From NCBI GenBank assembly GCA_965279375.1, contig OZ257156.1, positions 128,001 through 192,000 on the forward strand: a stretch of 64,000 nucleotides of DNA. The letters are read 5' to 3'. Below the pieces are notes generated by a model. That model ran no database searches. It was not told the DNA's origin and was given only the letters and a program-made list of their open reading frames with translations. Position numbers and translations under genes: made by a program. Every line of letters starts with the position of its first letter. Positions within the stretch are counted from its first letter, which is position 1. Positions 41,812 through 50,941 of the stretch are shown one piece after another. The DNA is from Gemmatimonas sp. (GTDB lineage Bacteria > Gemmatimonadota > Gemmatimonadetes > Gemmatimonadales > Gemmatimonadaceae).

Positions 41812-42370
41812 AGCTGCGTTCAGTCCGGCCGGCATCAGGTACGTCGACGAGCGGTGCGAGGAGCCGGCGAAGCTTCGCACGCGCTTTGAACAGTTGTGAC
41901 TTGGACCCACCACTCGTAATCCCCAGCTCCTGCGCGATCTCTTCGTGGGTGTATCCCTCGACGTCATGCAAGAGAAACACCATGCGTGCACCGGGGGAGA
42001 GTCGCCGCGTGGCCTCGCTGATGGTGGCCGCGAGCATGCTCCGCTCCCCGTCCTGCTCCACAAACGCGGAATCCTCTTCGATCCCGGTCTCCGCCGCAGC
42101 CAGCCGCTTCACACGGCGCAGGGCGTTGAGCGCCCGATTGATCGCCACGCGATGCACCCACGTGCTGAACTTCGCGTCCCCGCGCCACGATGGCAGGGCA
42201 CGAAAGATCTGGATCCAGACTTCCTGCGCGATGTCCTCGGCAAGGTCGGGATCTCCGGCGAGTCGACGAACGACGGCGTCCACGTGCGGCGCATGCTGGT
42301 TCCACAGCAGCCGCATCGCCCGCTCGTCGCCGTCGATCGCCCGTCGGACGATGGCTGCGTCAGTCTCCAT
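41792..42370 (-). CDS. ECF RNA polymerase sigma factor
   Basis: AEDIAQEVW, FSTWVHRVAIN, LHDVEGYTHEEIA…SKSQLFKAR; alternative start GTG 42391. Confidence 0.92.
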   Translation of the reverse strand: METDAAIVRRAIDGDERAMRLLWNQHAPHVDAVVRRLAGDPDLAEDIAQEVWIQIFRALPSWRGDAKFSTWVHRVAINRALNALRRVKRLAAAETGIEEDSAFVEQDGERSMLAATISEATRRLSPGARMVFLLHDVEGYTHEEIAQELGITSGGSKSQLFKARAKLRRLLAPLVDVPDAGRTERSYAAPGF

Positions 42371-42576
42371 GGGGTCTGCCCAATCTGTCACCTCCAGCCC
42401 CCGGCAGGGTTGCCTTCGATGAACACAATCGTGGAGAGAGTGGAAAAGGTGGTATCGACAGGCCCGCCGCGGGGTTCTGTGATATGAGCAAAACTTGACG
42501 GGCTCCTTCGCGGGCCTTAGATGCTCATGACGCCGCCGCCGGCACCATCAGACATTCCTACGCAGGTCGACCGACT

Positions 42577-44091
42577 CTGTTACTCGTCGCCGCATTCGCC
42601 CTCGCGCTCGTGGTGCCCCCGTCCAACGGACTCCCCTCGGGAGAACCGTCGGCGGTCGGCATGTCCGCGGCCCGCCTCTCCACGATCGATCGGGTCGTGC
42701 AGCGTGGGCTCGACGCCGGCGGCTACCCGGGCGCGTCGGTCGTGGTGGGACGCAAAGGGTTCAGCGTCTGGTCCCGCGGTTTCGGGGCGCTCGACTGGAG
42801 CGGCAAGAACGCGGTCACGGCCAACAACAGCATCTACGACCTCGCCTCGCTGACCAAAGTCGTCGGCACCACCACGGCGATCATGGTCCTCTATGACCAG
42901 GGCAAGATCGATCTCGACGCCCCGGTCTCGCGCTACCTCCCCTCCTTCACCGGAGGGCTCAAGGACCAGGTCACGGTCCGCCACCTGCTCACGCACCGCG
43001 CCGGCCTTCCCGCCGGCCGAGAGCTCTGGCGCATCGCCAATACACCGGCTGAAGCGCGCGAAGCGGTGCTTAACGCCCCGATCCAGTGCACGCCGGGCGT
43101 GTGCTACGAATACTCCGATCTGGGCGCGGACATCCTCGGCTTCGTCGCCGAAGCTGCCTCCGGCGTCACGCTCGACGTGTTCCTGCGGCGCAACGTGTTC
43201 GAGAAGCTGGGGATGACCGACACGCACTACCGCCTCGACGCCATCGACATCGAGCGGACGGCCCCCACGGAAATCGCTCCGCCGCGTGGCTATCCGCTGC
43301 GCGGTGAGGTCCACGACGAGAATGCGTGGGCGCTCGGCGGGATAGCCGGCCACGCGGGCTTGTTCAGCACCGCGTCGGATCTGTCCGTTTTCGCGCAAAT
43401 GCTGCTGGACGGGGGCACCTACAACGGCGTCCGCGTCATCGCCGATTCCACGGTCAGCCTGTTCACCAAGCGCGCCGCCGGACACCGCGCGCTTGGCTGG
43501 GATACCTGCGTCGGCGGTGCCGGCTGCGGGCAGTACCTCTCGGAGCGCGCCTACGGGCACACCGGATTTACGGGCACGTCGCTCTGGATCGATCCGGATC
43601 GGCACATGTTCGTCATCCTGCTGACGAACCGGGTGCACGCGGCCCGCGCACGGCGTCCCTCCAAGGTCATCGCTGACGTCCGCAACGACCTCGCCGACGC
43701 GGCCGTCCTCGCCGTCATGGACGACCCCAACGGCGTGTTGGCCATGCCGGCCAGCTTCCGCGCCGACAAGGCGGAAGACTGGAACCGTCCGTTGCGTTCG
43801 AGTCGCGCCCGCAGCTCCGCCGCTCGTCGGCGCGCGGCCGCGGCCAGGCGTGCCAAATCCGGCAAGGCCTCCGCCAAGTCGTCATCGAAGTCATCTTCGA
43901 AGTCATCTTCGAAGTCGTCCGCCAAGCCCGCCTCGGCGAGCTCTGCCAGAGGCTCGAAGTCGTCCAAGGCATCCGCCAGCAAGTCGACGAAGGGCAAGTC
44001 GTCGGCGAAGTCTTCGAGCAAGTCGACATCCAAGTCGACGGCCAGGAAGAAGCCGCCCACCAAGTCATCGCGGTCAGGCAAGACGCGCTGA
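42577..44091 (+). CDS. Serine hydrolase (beta-lactamase/PBP-like) with a long Lys/Ser/Ala-rich basic C-terminal tail
   Basis: SLTK (SxxK), YSD, GHTG; the hydrophobic signal stretch begins at CTG 42577, upstream of the first GTG (42610). Confidence 0.85.
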   Translation: MLLVAAFALALVVPPSNGLPSGEPSAVGMSAARLSTIDRVVQRGLDAGGYPGASVVVGRKGFSVWSRGFGALDWSGKNAVTANNSIYDLASLTKVVGTTTAIMVLYDQGKIDLDAPVSRYLPSFTGGLKDQVTVRHLLTHRAGLPAGRELWRIANTPAEAREAVLNAPIQCTPGVCYEYSDLGADILGFVAEAASGVTLDVFLRRNVFEKLGMTDTHYRLDAIDIERTAPTEIAPPRGYPLRGEVHDENAWALGGIAGHAGLFSTASDLSVFAQMLLDGGTYNGVRVIADSTVSLFTKRAAGHRALGWDTCVGGAGCGQYLSERAYGHTGFTGTSLWIDPDRHMFVILLTNRVHAARARRPSKVIADVRNDLADAAVLAVMDDPNGVLAMPASFRADKAEDWNRPLRSSRARSSAARRRAAAARRAKSGKASAKSSSKSSSKSSSKSSAKPASASSARGSKSSKASASKSTKGKSSAKSSSKSTSKSTARKKPPTKSSRSGKTR

Positions 44092-44131
44092 AGTTGCGGT
44101 CGCCTGCTATGTTTCGGCCATGGAGGAGCTC

Positions 44132-44509
44132 ATGACCGACGAAACCATGTCCGCCCAAGGCGAGACCACGGACTCAATCCCGACAGATGCGATCCCGGTG
44201 GCTGAGGGTGGTGCTATCTCGGCCGATCAAGCGCGCCTCGTGCTTCGTCGCGTGAAAGATCCGGAGCTCAACCTCAACATCGTCGATCTCGGGCTCGTCT
44301 ACGACATTACCGTCGAAGGCACCGCCGTGCGTGTCGACATGAGCCTCACCTCGCCCGGCTGCCCGTCAGGCCCGGAGATCATGGGAGAGGCCGAGCAGCA
44401 GTTGAAGACCATCCCGGGTATCGGCGAAGTGACCATGAATCTCATCTGGTCGCCGCCCTGGACACCGGAGCGCATCGAGCCGCGCGTGCGCGCGTACATG
44501 GGGTTCTAG
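44132..44509 (+). CDS. DUF59/SufT-like metal-sulfur cluster assembly factor
   Basis: DPELNLNIVDLGLVY, LTSPGCP, WSPPW; GGAGG RBS. Confidence 0.9.
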   Translation: MTDETMSAQGETTDSIPTDAIPVAEGGAISADQARLVLRRVKDPELNLNIVDLGLVYDITVEGTAVRVDMSLTSPGCPSGPEIMGEAEQQLKTIPGIGEVTMNLIWSPPWTPERIEPRVRAYMGF

Positions 44510-45270
44510 CGCTCCGCGTGTCGGCCGGCGAGTGCATCCATCAGGTCGAACTCCTCGTTCGATCGCAGATCCACGGCCTTCGCGCGACGCAGCTCAGTGA
44601 ATGACGATTGTCCGAAATCGCTGTTGATGAGGATGGCGCCAACGAGGACGAGATAGCGCGCATTGTTGTACGTGGTCTTGGATGCGAGTAGGTCGATACG
44701 CGCCGAGATCGCCTCGTTCATCACTTCCGTGGCTTCCTTGAGCGGATGCGTCGCCGCCAGAACGCGCGCACGTTCCCGTAGCAGAATCTGCTCGATGGTG
44801 TTCTGCTGATAGTCCAGCGTGTTCACATCGTCGGGAATGATGTGTCCCGACTGGAGCTTCGCTAACGCTGCCCGACATGCTCCGCAACAGCCGCTCGGCT
44901 TGTGCTGACCCTCGCGGAGGATCTGCCCGAGATTCCCTTGCGTGTCGATCCCAATGTGCGGCGCGTGATAAATGAACACCGCCCCATCGTCGGGCACGTG
45001 CCCGGCAAATGCGCCCATTCCCGTGAGTCCTGTAAACGGGAATCCGTCGAGGCCGCCCATTTTGAAAGGCCCCAGCATCTCGTAGGCGCGCTTGGGATAC
45101 TCGATGCTGTTCACGTCATCGCTGCAGATGCTGTCCGCCAGCATCACTCGATTGGGCGGCAGCCCAAAGCGCGTCTTGAACAGGTCCAGCAGCCGATCCA
45201 CGGATTCCATCGTGGTCATGGCGTTCGGATAGTGTCGGCGAACCGTCGCGGCAAAATCGTCTGTAGTCAT
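44506..45270 (-). CDS. LCIB/LCIC-like (theta-class) carbonic anhydrase
   Basis: SICSDD, FKMGGLDGFPFTGLTGMGAFAGHVPD, APHIGI, REGQ…CCGA, giving a putative Cys/His/Cys Zn site. Confidence 0.8.
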   Translation of the reverse strand: MTTDDFAATVRRHYPNAMTTMESVDRLLDLFKTRFGLPPNRVMLADSICSDDVNSIEYPKRAYEMLGPFKMGGLDGFPFTGLTGMGAFAGHVPDDGAVFIYHAPHIGIDTQGNLGQILREGQHKPSGCCGACRAALAKLQSGHIIPDDVNTLDYQQNTIEQILLRERARVLAATHPLKEATEVMNEAISARIDLLASKTTYNNARYLVLVGAILINSDFGQSSFTELRRAKAVDLRSNEEFDLMDALAGRHAER

Positions 45271-45272
45271 GA

Positions 45273-46295
45273 TCACATCAGAATGTTGTTGTGAGGCAGC
45301 AGCGGAGCGGGAATGTCCGCTTCGCCCAACATCTCTCGCAAGTCGATCTCGATCGTGCGTGTCATCGCTGTAATCGGCACATCATTGACGTTGCCCTCGA
45401 ACGGATTCTCGGTCGCTTCGCCGATACGCTCCATCATCAGGAACACCCACGCAACCAGCGCCGAAAAGGGAATGGTGAGCCATGCGAAGCCAGCGCCAAG
45501 TTTGGCGAACTCACTGAGCATCCCGAGCGGTACCAGCCCGTTGAACAACCGGATGAACATCAGGTTGACCGTCGCGTACTGACGCGGATACGGAAAGTTC
45601 TTGATGCGTTCGCACTTCCCTTGCTGCGTGTAGAGATCCACGAGCAGGTTCTGCATCTCCACCTGTCGCAATTCCGACAGCAGTCCGCGCGCATGCAGTT
45701 CGCGGAGGTCGCTCGACTGAAGCGCGATCAGCTGCGTCGCCACGTTGGACTTTCCCAGTACCCGTGACTTCTCGTCGGCACTGATCAGTCCCGTCAGCGC
45801 GTCGGCGAGTGTGGCGCCATCCTGCTCCTCGACAGAAAACTTGACTCTGTATTCGCGGTTCTGCTCCTTCTGCATGTTCTCCCACCCTCGTGGCGCGCGC
45901 AGCTGAAAGCGCAACGCGTGCAACCACGCGAGGTGTCGGTGCATCAACCGCGTGTGCGCCGCGTTGAGGTCGGCTGATCTGTTCGCGCTCTCGGCGCTCT
46001 CAACGGCGACGAAATCCATGGCCATGATGCCCCACGACCGGCTGGTGTTGACGATCGCACCGTAGATCTGGCGAGCCTCCCACAAGCGATTGTAGCTGGC
46101 GTTGTTCTTGAAGCCGACCATGAATGCGACGGCCGTTCCGACAACGGCGATCGGCACCCACGGGATCGCGAGCCAGCTCCAGCCGAGCGCTTGATGGAGC
46201 GCCGTGGGTATCGCTCCCACGAGCAGGTAGAACAGAATGTCGCGACGAGTCCAGTAGAGGACTTCCCGAAGTGTGAATCGGCGACCGGTATGCAT
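45273..46295 (-). CDS. Bestrophin-family anion channel
   Basis: GFKNNASYNRLWEARQIYG, CERIKNFPYP, ENPFEG…DVP. Confidence 0.9.
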   Translation of the reverse strand: MHTGRRFTLREVLYWTRRDILFYLLVGAIPTALHQALGWSWLAIPWVPIAVVGTAVAFMVGFKNNASYNRLWEARQIYGAIVNTSRSWGIMAMDFVAVESAESANRSADLNAAHTRLMHRHLAWLHALRFQLRAPRGWENMQKEQNREYRVKFSVEEQDGATLADALTGLISADEKSRVLGKSNVATQLIALQSSDLRELHARGLLSELRQVEMQNLLVDLYTQQGKCERIKNFPYPRQYATVNLMFIRLFNGLVPLGMLSEFAKLGAGFAWLTIPFSALVAWVFLMMERIGEATENPFEGNVNDVPITAMTRTIEIDLREMLGEADIPAPLLPHNNILM

Positions 46296-46337
46296 TGCGG
46301 AGCGTGTTGATCGTGCAGTTGGGGACGCGGCAGCGCG

Positions 46338-46709
46338 TCACGCGCCGGTCGAGGCGCGCGCTGCCAATGGATGACCAAGCGCGAGGATCACGAATGCCAG
46401 CACTACCACCCAACTTTCCCCAAGCAATCCCTTCCAATCGTGCAGGTGTGCGAACTGCACCAACAGAAACATGATGACGCCGAGGTTCATCCAACTGCCC
46501 CAAACAAAGGTCTTGGGGAAGAACATCATCACGCACCCAGCAAACCCGATCACACCAAGCAGTTGTCGAAGGGGAGCGCTTGTTCCGAATGGCTCGAAGA
46601 ACTTCACCATCGCTTCGCTGCCGGTGACCATTCCCCAGCCAGCGCGGAGGCTCATCCACGCCATCAACAGCATCAGTACGCCACTCAGCGCCCGCAGCAC
46701 CATGTTCAT
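46338..46709 (-). CDS. DoxX-like small membrane protein
   Basis: Four hydrophobic segments, FFPKT. Confidence 0.6.
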   Translation of the reverse strand: MNMVLRALSGVLMLLMAWMSLRAGWGMVTGSEAMVKFFEPFGTSAPLRQLLGVIGFAGCVMMFFPKTFVWGSWMNLGVIMFLLVQFAHLHDWKGLLGESWVVVLAFVILALGHPLAARASTGA

Positions 46710-47111
46710 TTCCATCGCAAGATCGGGTTGCGGGGCTCGGCGCCGAGCCCCGGGTTTCTCTTCCCTGGGCCGCGCTGCTCGCCCGGCGAAATTGTACTGC
46801 CGTGGCTGCGAGCTCGGCGGCGGCGCCCGTTGCCGAACGCGAGTTCTGCGCGACCGCCGCTTCACCGGGTACGTCGACTGGACGTTGGCGCGTCCAGGTC
46901 GGCTGCCGTCGCTGCGCCCGCCGTCGACCGCGATTCCCGTGCGGTTATCGGATACGCTGCTGACCGATTGTTGCCATTATCATCGGCCGCAAGGAGATCA
47001 TTGCGGCAGAGGCAACGGCGTTGGTGTGAACGGAAGCGGACGAGCAGGCACCGCGCACACGCCGCGCAGCGTCGTTCCGGCAATTGATGGACGCCGCGTT
47101 TTACGGCGGGG

Positions 47112-48614
47112 TCATTTGGCTGGGCCTTCGAGCAGCTTCAGTCTGGCCTTTGCGTCCGCATTGTCTGGATTGAGGCGAAGCGCGCGTCGGTACATCGCTG
47201 CGGCCTGATCGCGGCGGCCCGCTGCCTCCAACATCTCGCCATAGCTCTCGCTCAGATTGTCGTCGGACGGCCAGAGCGCGATCGCCGCGCGGAACGTCGA
47301 CAGAGCATCGGTCACGCGCCCGTTCTCGGAAAAATGATATCCGAGGTTGTTCAGATCATTCGCGCTCAAGCTATAGCTCGTTGTGTCGTCCTTGTTCTGT
47401 AGCAGGGCAACGAAGGCCGCATCCTCCCCCTCGGCCGCGAGCGTGCGAGCGTAAATACGCGTCAGCGATCGAGGCGTAGACATGGGCGCGCGACCATTGA
47501 GCATCCGCAATGCCGATAGCCCCATCCTGTAGACATTCTCACTCTCTGTATTGTCGAAAATGACGACCGTCTGATCCGAGTCGAGATTCCGCATGAAGAT
47601 CGTGACGCACCCTGGCATGCCGCCGGCGTGCCACGCGATGCGGCCTTCCGAGCGGTCGCGGAAGATGAACCAGCCGAGCCCGAGGTCCGCCTCGCCCATG
47701 CCGCCGAAGTTCAGCCAGACGTGGACCGGCGTTCCGTCGGCCAGCTTCTGCGGCGTGACCGCCGAGTCCAGCGTCGCCGGCTTGAGCAAGCGGCCATCCC
47801 TGAGGGCCCGATCGAATCGCAGCATATCGCCGGTCGTGCTGACGATACCACCGTTGCCGTAGGTACGACCGTTGTAGTAGCTCTTCGCGCCGTCCAGGCG
47901 CGTGCGTTGGTTCGAAAACCGCAGCGGATACGCGTAGTTCTGCGCAAAAAGCGGCGTATCGGGACGGTTGATCAGCGCGCTCTTGAGATAGGTCTGTCGC
48001 ATACCGGCGGGGCGCAGGATGCGGCTTGCGAGATAGGCGTCGAACCGCTGGCCGGACCGCACCTCCACCAAACGCGCCAGCAACTGATAGCCGAGATTAC
48101 TGTACCACCATTTCTCGCCTTGCTTGAGCGCAGGTGACACGCCCGACGCCGCGATCGCTGGAACGAGATCGCGCATTTCCATCGGTCGACCGAGCGTCTG
48201 TGCATAGCTCGGCGCGATTTCCTGCTCCGACATTCCGGACGAATGCGAAAGCAATTGCCGAACCGTGACGCCCTTGTAGGGAAACTCCGGGACGTAACGC
48301 GCCAGCGGTGCGTCGAGAGCGATCGACCCGCGCTCGACCAGTTGGAGGATCGCCACGGCGGTGAAGAGCTTGCCGACCGACGCCATTTCGAACTCGGTAT
48401 CCGCGGCGTTCGGTCGCTGATTCTCGAAATCGGCATAACCGAACGACCGGGCGTAGATCACGCGCCCCTTCTCCGCGACAAGCACGTTGCCGTTTAAGCC
48501 ACCGCTGCTCGCGTGCGCCCCAAAGAAGGCGTCAAGCTTCGCTGCGCGGTCCTGCGCAGCGGCCGGGGATGGCAGAAGAATCAACAGCGCGGCGGCCAGC
48601 CAACGATTTCCCAT
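47112..48614 (-). CDS. Exported serine hydrolase (beta-lactamase family) with C-terminal TPR
   Basis: SVGK, LLSHSSG, YSN, WHAGG; TPR LNNLGY…YRRALRLNP. Confidence 0.85.
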   Translation of the reverse strand: MGNRWLAAALLILLPSPAAAQDRAAKLDAFFGAHASSGGLNGNVLVAEKGRVIYARSFGYADFENQRPNAADTEFEMASVGKLFTAVAILQLVERGSIALDAPLARYVPEFPYKGVTVRQLLSHSSGMSEQEIAPSYAQTLGRPMEMRDLVPAIAASGVSPALKQGEKWWYSNLGYQLLARLVEVRSGQRFDAYLASRILRPAGMRQTYLKSALINRPDTPLFAQNYAYPLRFSNQRTRLDGAKSYYNGRTYGNGGIVSTTGDMLRFDRALRDGRLLKPATLDSAVTPQKLADGTPVHVWLNFGGMGEADLGLGWFIFRDRSEGRIAWHAGGMPGCVTIFMRNLDSDQTVVIFDNTESENVYRMGLSALRMLNGRAPMSTPRSLTRIYARTLAAEGEDAAFVALLQNKDDTTSYSLSANDLNNLGYHFSENGRVTDALSTFRAAIALWPSDDNLSESYGEMLEAAGRRDQAAAMYRRALRLNPDNADAKARLKLLEGPAK

Positions 48615-48739
48615 GGTGTATTTCGGACTCCGTTCTCAGGTTGGATTGTCATCTCATCTTTGATGTCAATCGTACTGAAAAGGTTGGGTCAGCGCCGATG
48701 TGCCTCGCGGAACTCGACGGCCCCCCGCGGACCGACCGC

Positions 48740-49294
48740 TCAGGCCTTCGCCAACCGCGCCGACGCGCCACGCCGCTCCGCACGAATCGCCACCACCAGC
48801 GACTTCACCACCGGCAGCAGACTCAACGCACCCGTCCACAGCGCGGCGTCTGCAAAGTTCATCACCATGGTGCTGCTCGGCGTCAGCTGAATGGCGAAGA
48901 AGTCCGTCACGCCCGGCGGACCAAAGAGCATGCTGGCCATGTTCCCCATCGCACCACCGGCCACCAACCCGAGCGCGATGCTCGCACGCGGATCGACCTG
49001 CGAGAGCTGCCGCACGATCATCGTGATCATCGCCAGCGCCGCCCCTGTGACCAGCACGTTCAGGTGCCAGGTGTAGGGTCCCACGCTCACGCTGCCGGCG
49101 CTGCCGGTGTTGTACGTCAGCATCAGACCGAAGCGACCCGCCATCTGCCACAGCTCTCCAACGTCGAGCGTGCGCACCGCCGCAAACTTGGTCAGCCAAT
49201 CGAGCGACGCGGCGAGCGCCGCCACGCCGAAGTACAGTGCGAAGCTGACGGGAGAGTTGCTGGACGGGTCGGGGCGAAACGTCGACGATCGCAT
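48740..49294 (-). CDS. Divergent signal peptidase II (LspA-like)
   Basis: LDWLTK, YNTG, GGAMGN, GVTDFF, NFAD. Confidence 0.75.
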   Translation of the reverse strand: MRSSTFRPDPSSNSPVSFALYFGVAALAASLDWLTKFAAVRTLDVGELWQMAGRFGLMLTYNTGSAGSVSVGPYTWHLNVLVTGAALAMITMIVRQLSQVDPRASIALGLVAGGAMGNMASMLFGPPGVTDFFAIQLTPSSTMVMNFADAALWTGALSLLPVVKSLVVAIRAERRGASARLAKA

Positions 49295-49579
49295 GAGTCC
49301 GGGCTCCAGAGCGTGAGGCACAGACCGTGAGCGCGATTGCTCAGCGGACGACATCCTCCATCGCACCCATCATGCCGCGTGACGGACCGGGCCATTGGCT
49401 CGGATTCGGCCTCGCCGTATAACCATAAGTCATTATCCAGCAACACGATACAAAAACGAGCCGACTCCCGGCCCTCACGTGGAGGCGCCTGGGAATCGAG
49501 CTCGTCTGTTGCAACTTCACCTCACCCCCGCCGCCCTGTTGCGACAGGCCAACAACAGATCAGACGCGAAGGGCGCTGA

Positions 49580-50848
49580 TCAGTCTTCGGATTTGTACGG
49601 CGACTCGTCCGGTCGCGCGGGCGCTGCGGCGGCGGTCGCAGTTACGGCGGCCTTGGGGGCACTCCCGGACTTGGGCGGAGACTGCGGCGGAACGGCGGCC
49701 TTGCTCGACGCGGTGAACGACGCGAGCGCCTGCACGAAACCAGCGCCAAGCACCTCCACCTGCCAGCGACGGAGCTCCGGAACCTCGAGCAGATCGTCGG
49801 GGTGACGCGGGTTGCGACGCGCGGCCGCTTCCATACGATCACGCGAGCAGAGCACGCCCGGGTCGAGATCGAGCTCTGTGGCCATCGCATCACGCACCGT
49901 CTTGAGCTTCGCGACGCGCTCGTCGAAATCGGGATCGCGATCCCAACGCGCCGACTTGGCGAAGCGCGGTAGCTCCGACTCGGGCACCGCATTGCCGCGC
50001 ACGATCGCCTGCAACGCTTCGACTGCGCGCGAGTCGGACATGCCCCGCGGAAATCCCTTCACCGCAAACAGTGCTTCTCGCGTTGTGGGTGCCGTGCGCA
50101 CGAGATCGAAGAGCACCTCGTTACCCGCCACGCGGAACGTCGCGCGATCGAGTTCGGCGGCGATGCCGTCACGCCACCGCACCAGTTCGCGCAGACGCGC
50201 GAGTTCACGACGTGTCAGATCACGCGCGCCTTTGATCTTGAGGAAGCTCGTGTCCGGCTCCTCCACATCCCACTTGGTGCCTTCGGCGCGCTGAAATTCT
50301 TCCTGCGCCCAGTGCAGGCGACCCTTCGCTTCGAGCGCGTCGCGCAAACGATCGCGCAAGCCAAGCAAGTGGCGCGTGTCGTGCGATGCATAGTCGAGCA
50401 TGTCTTGCGTCAGCGGTCGCATGCTCCAGTCAGCGCGCTGATGCTTCTTGTCGAGCTTGAGCGAAAAGAACTGCTCGAGCAACGCGGCCAGGCCGAAGGC
50501 GCGAATGCCCAGGAGCTGCGCGGCGACACGTGTGTCGAACAGATGCGTGACACGCCAGCCGTAGTCCTTGTGCATGAGCCGCAAGTCGTAGTCGGCGTCG
50601 TGCAGCACGACTTCGATGTCGCGATCTTCGAGCAGCGCGCCGAGTCGCTCAGGCGTACCGATCGGCAGCGGATCGATGATTGCATCGTGCTCATCGGTCG
50701 ACAGCTGCAACAGGTAGATACGATCGACGAACCGGTGAAAGCTGGCGCCTTCGGTGTCGAGCGCGATGGCGCGGGTCCCCGAGAGTTTCTCGAGGAATCG
50801 ATCCACGGCCTCGGCCGTATCGAGATAGTGGAATGCGGGTGCAGGCAT
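49580..50848 (-). CDS. rnd: Ribonuclease D
   Basis: ALDTE, HDADYD, FDT, DWSMRPL, YASHD, HRDC domain. Confidence 0.9.
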   Translation of the reverse strand: MPAPAFHYLDTAEAVDRFLEKLSGTRAIALDTEGASFHRFVDRIYLLQLSTDEHDAIIDPLPIGTPERLGALLEDRDIEVVLHDADYDLRLMHKDYGWRVTHLFDTRVAAQLLGIRAFGLAALLEQFFSLKLDKKHQRADWSMRPLTQDMLDYASHDTRHLLGLRDRLRDALEAKGRLHWAQEEFQRAEGTKWDVEEPDTSFLKIKGARDLTRRELARLRELVRWRDGIAAELDRATFRVAGNEVLFDLVRTAPTTREALFAVKGFPRGMSDSRAVEALQAIVRGNAVPESELPRFAKSARWDRDPDFDERVAKLKTVRDAMATELDLDPGVLCSRDRMEAAARRNPRHPDDLLEVPELRRWQVEVLGAGFVQALASFTASSKAAVPPQSPPKSGSAPKAAVTATAAAAPARPDESPYKSED

Positions 50849-50941
50849 GAGTAGACGTAACCTACACCGGACCACGGCTCAGGAAGCAGAGGTATCGCAA
50901 TTCGTCATTCCCCCGTACGCCCCCTTGCTCCGGATGCTGTC

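Noticed and set aside
46731..46752. Perfect 22-bp palindrome CGGGGCTCGGCGCCGAGCCCCG
   Set aside because: Single copy and GC-rich; it cannot be assigned as a REP, operator or terminator
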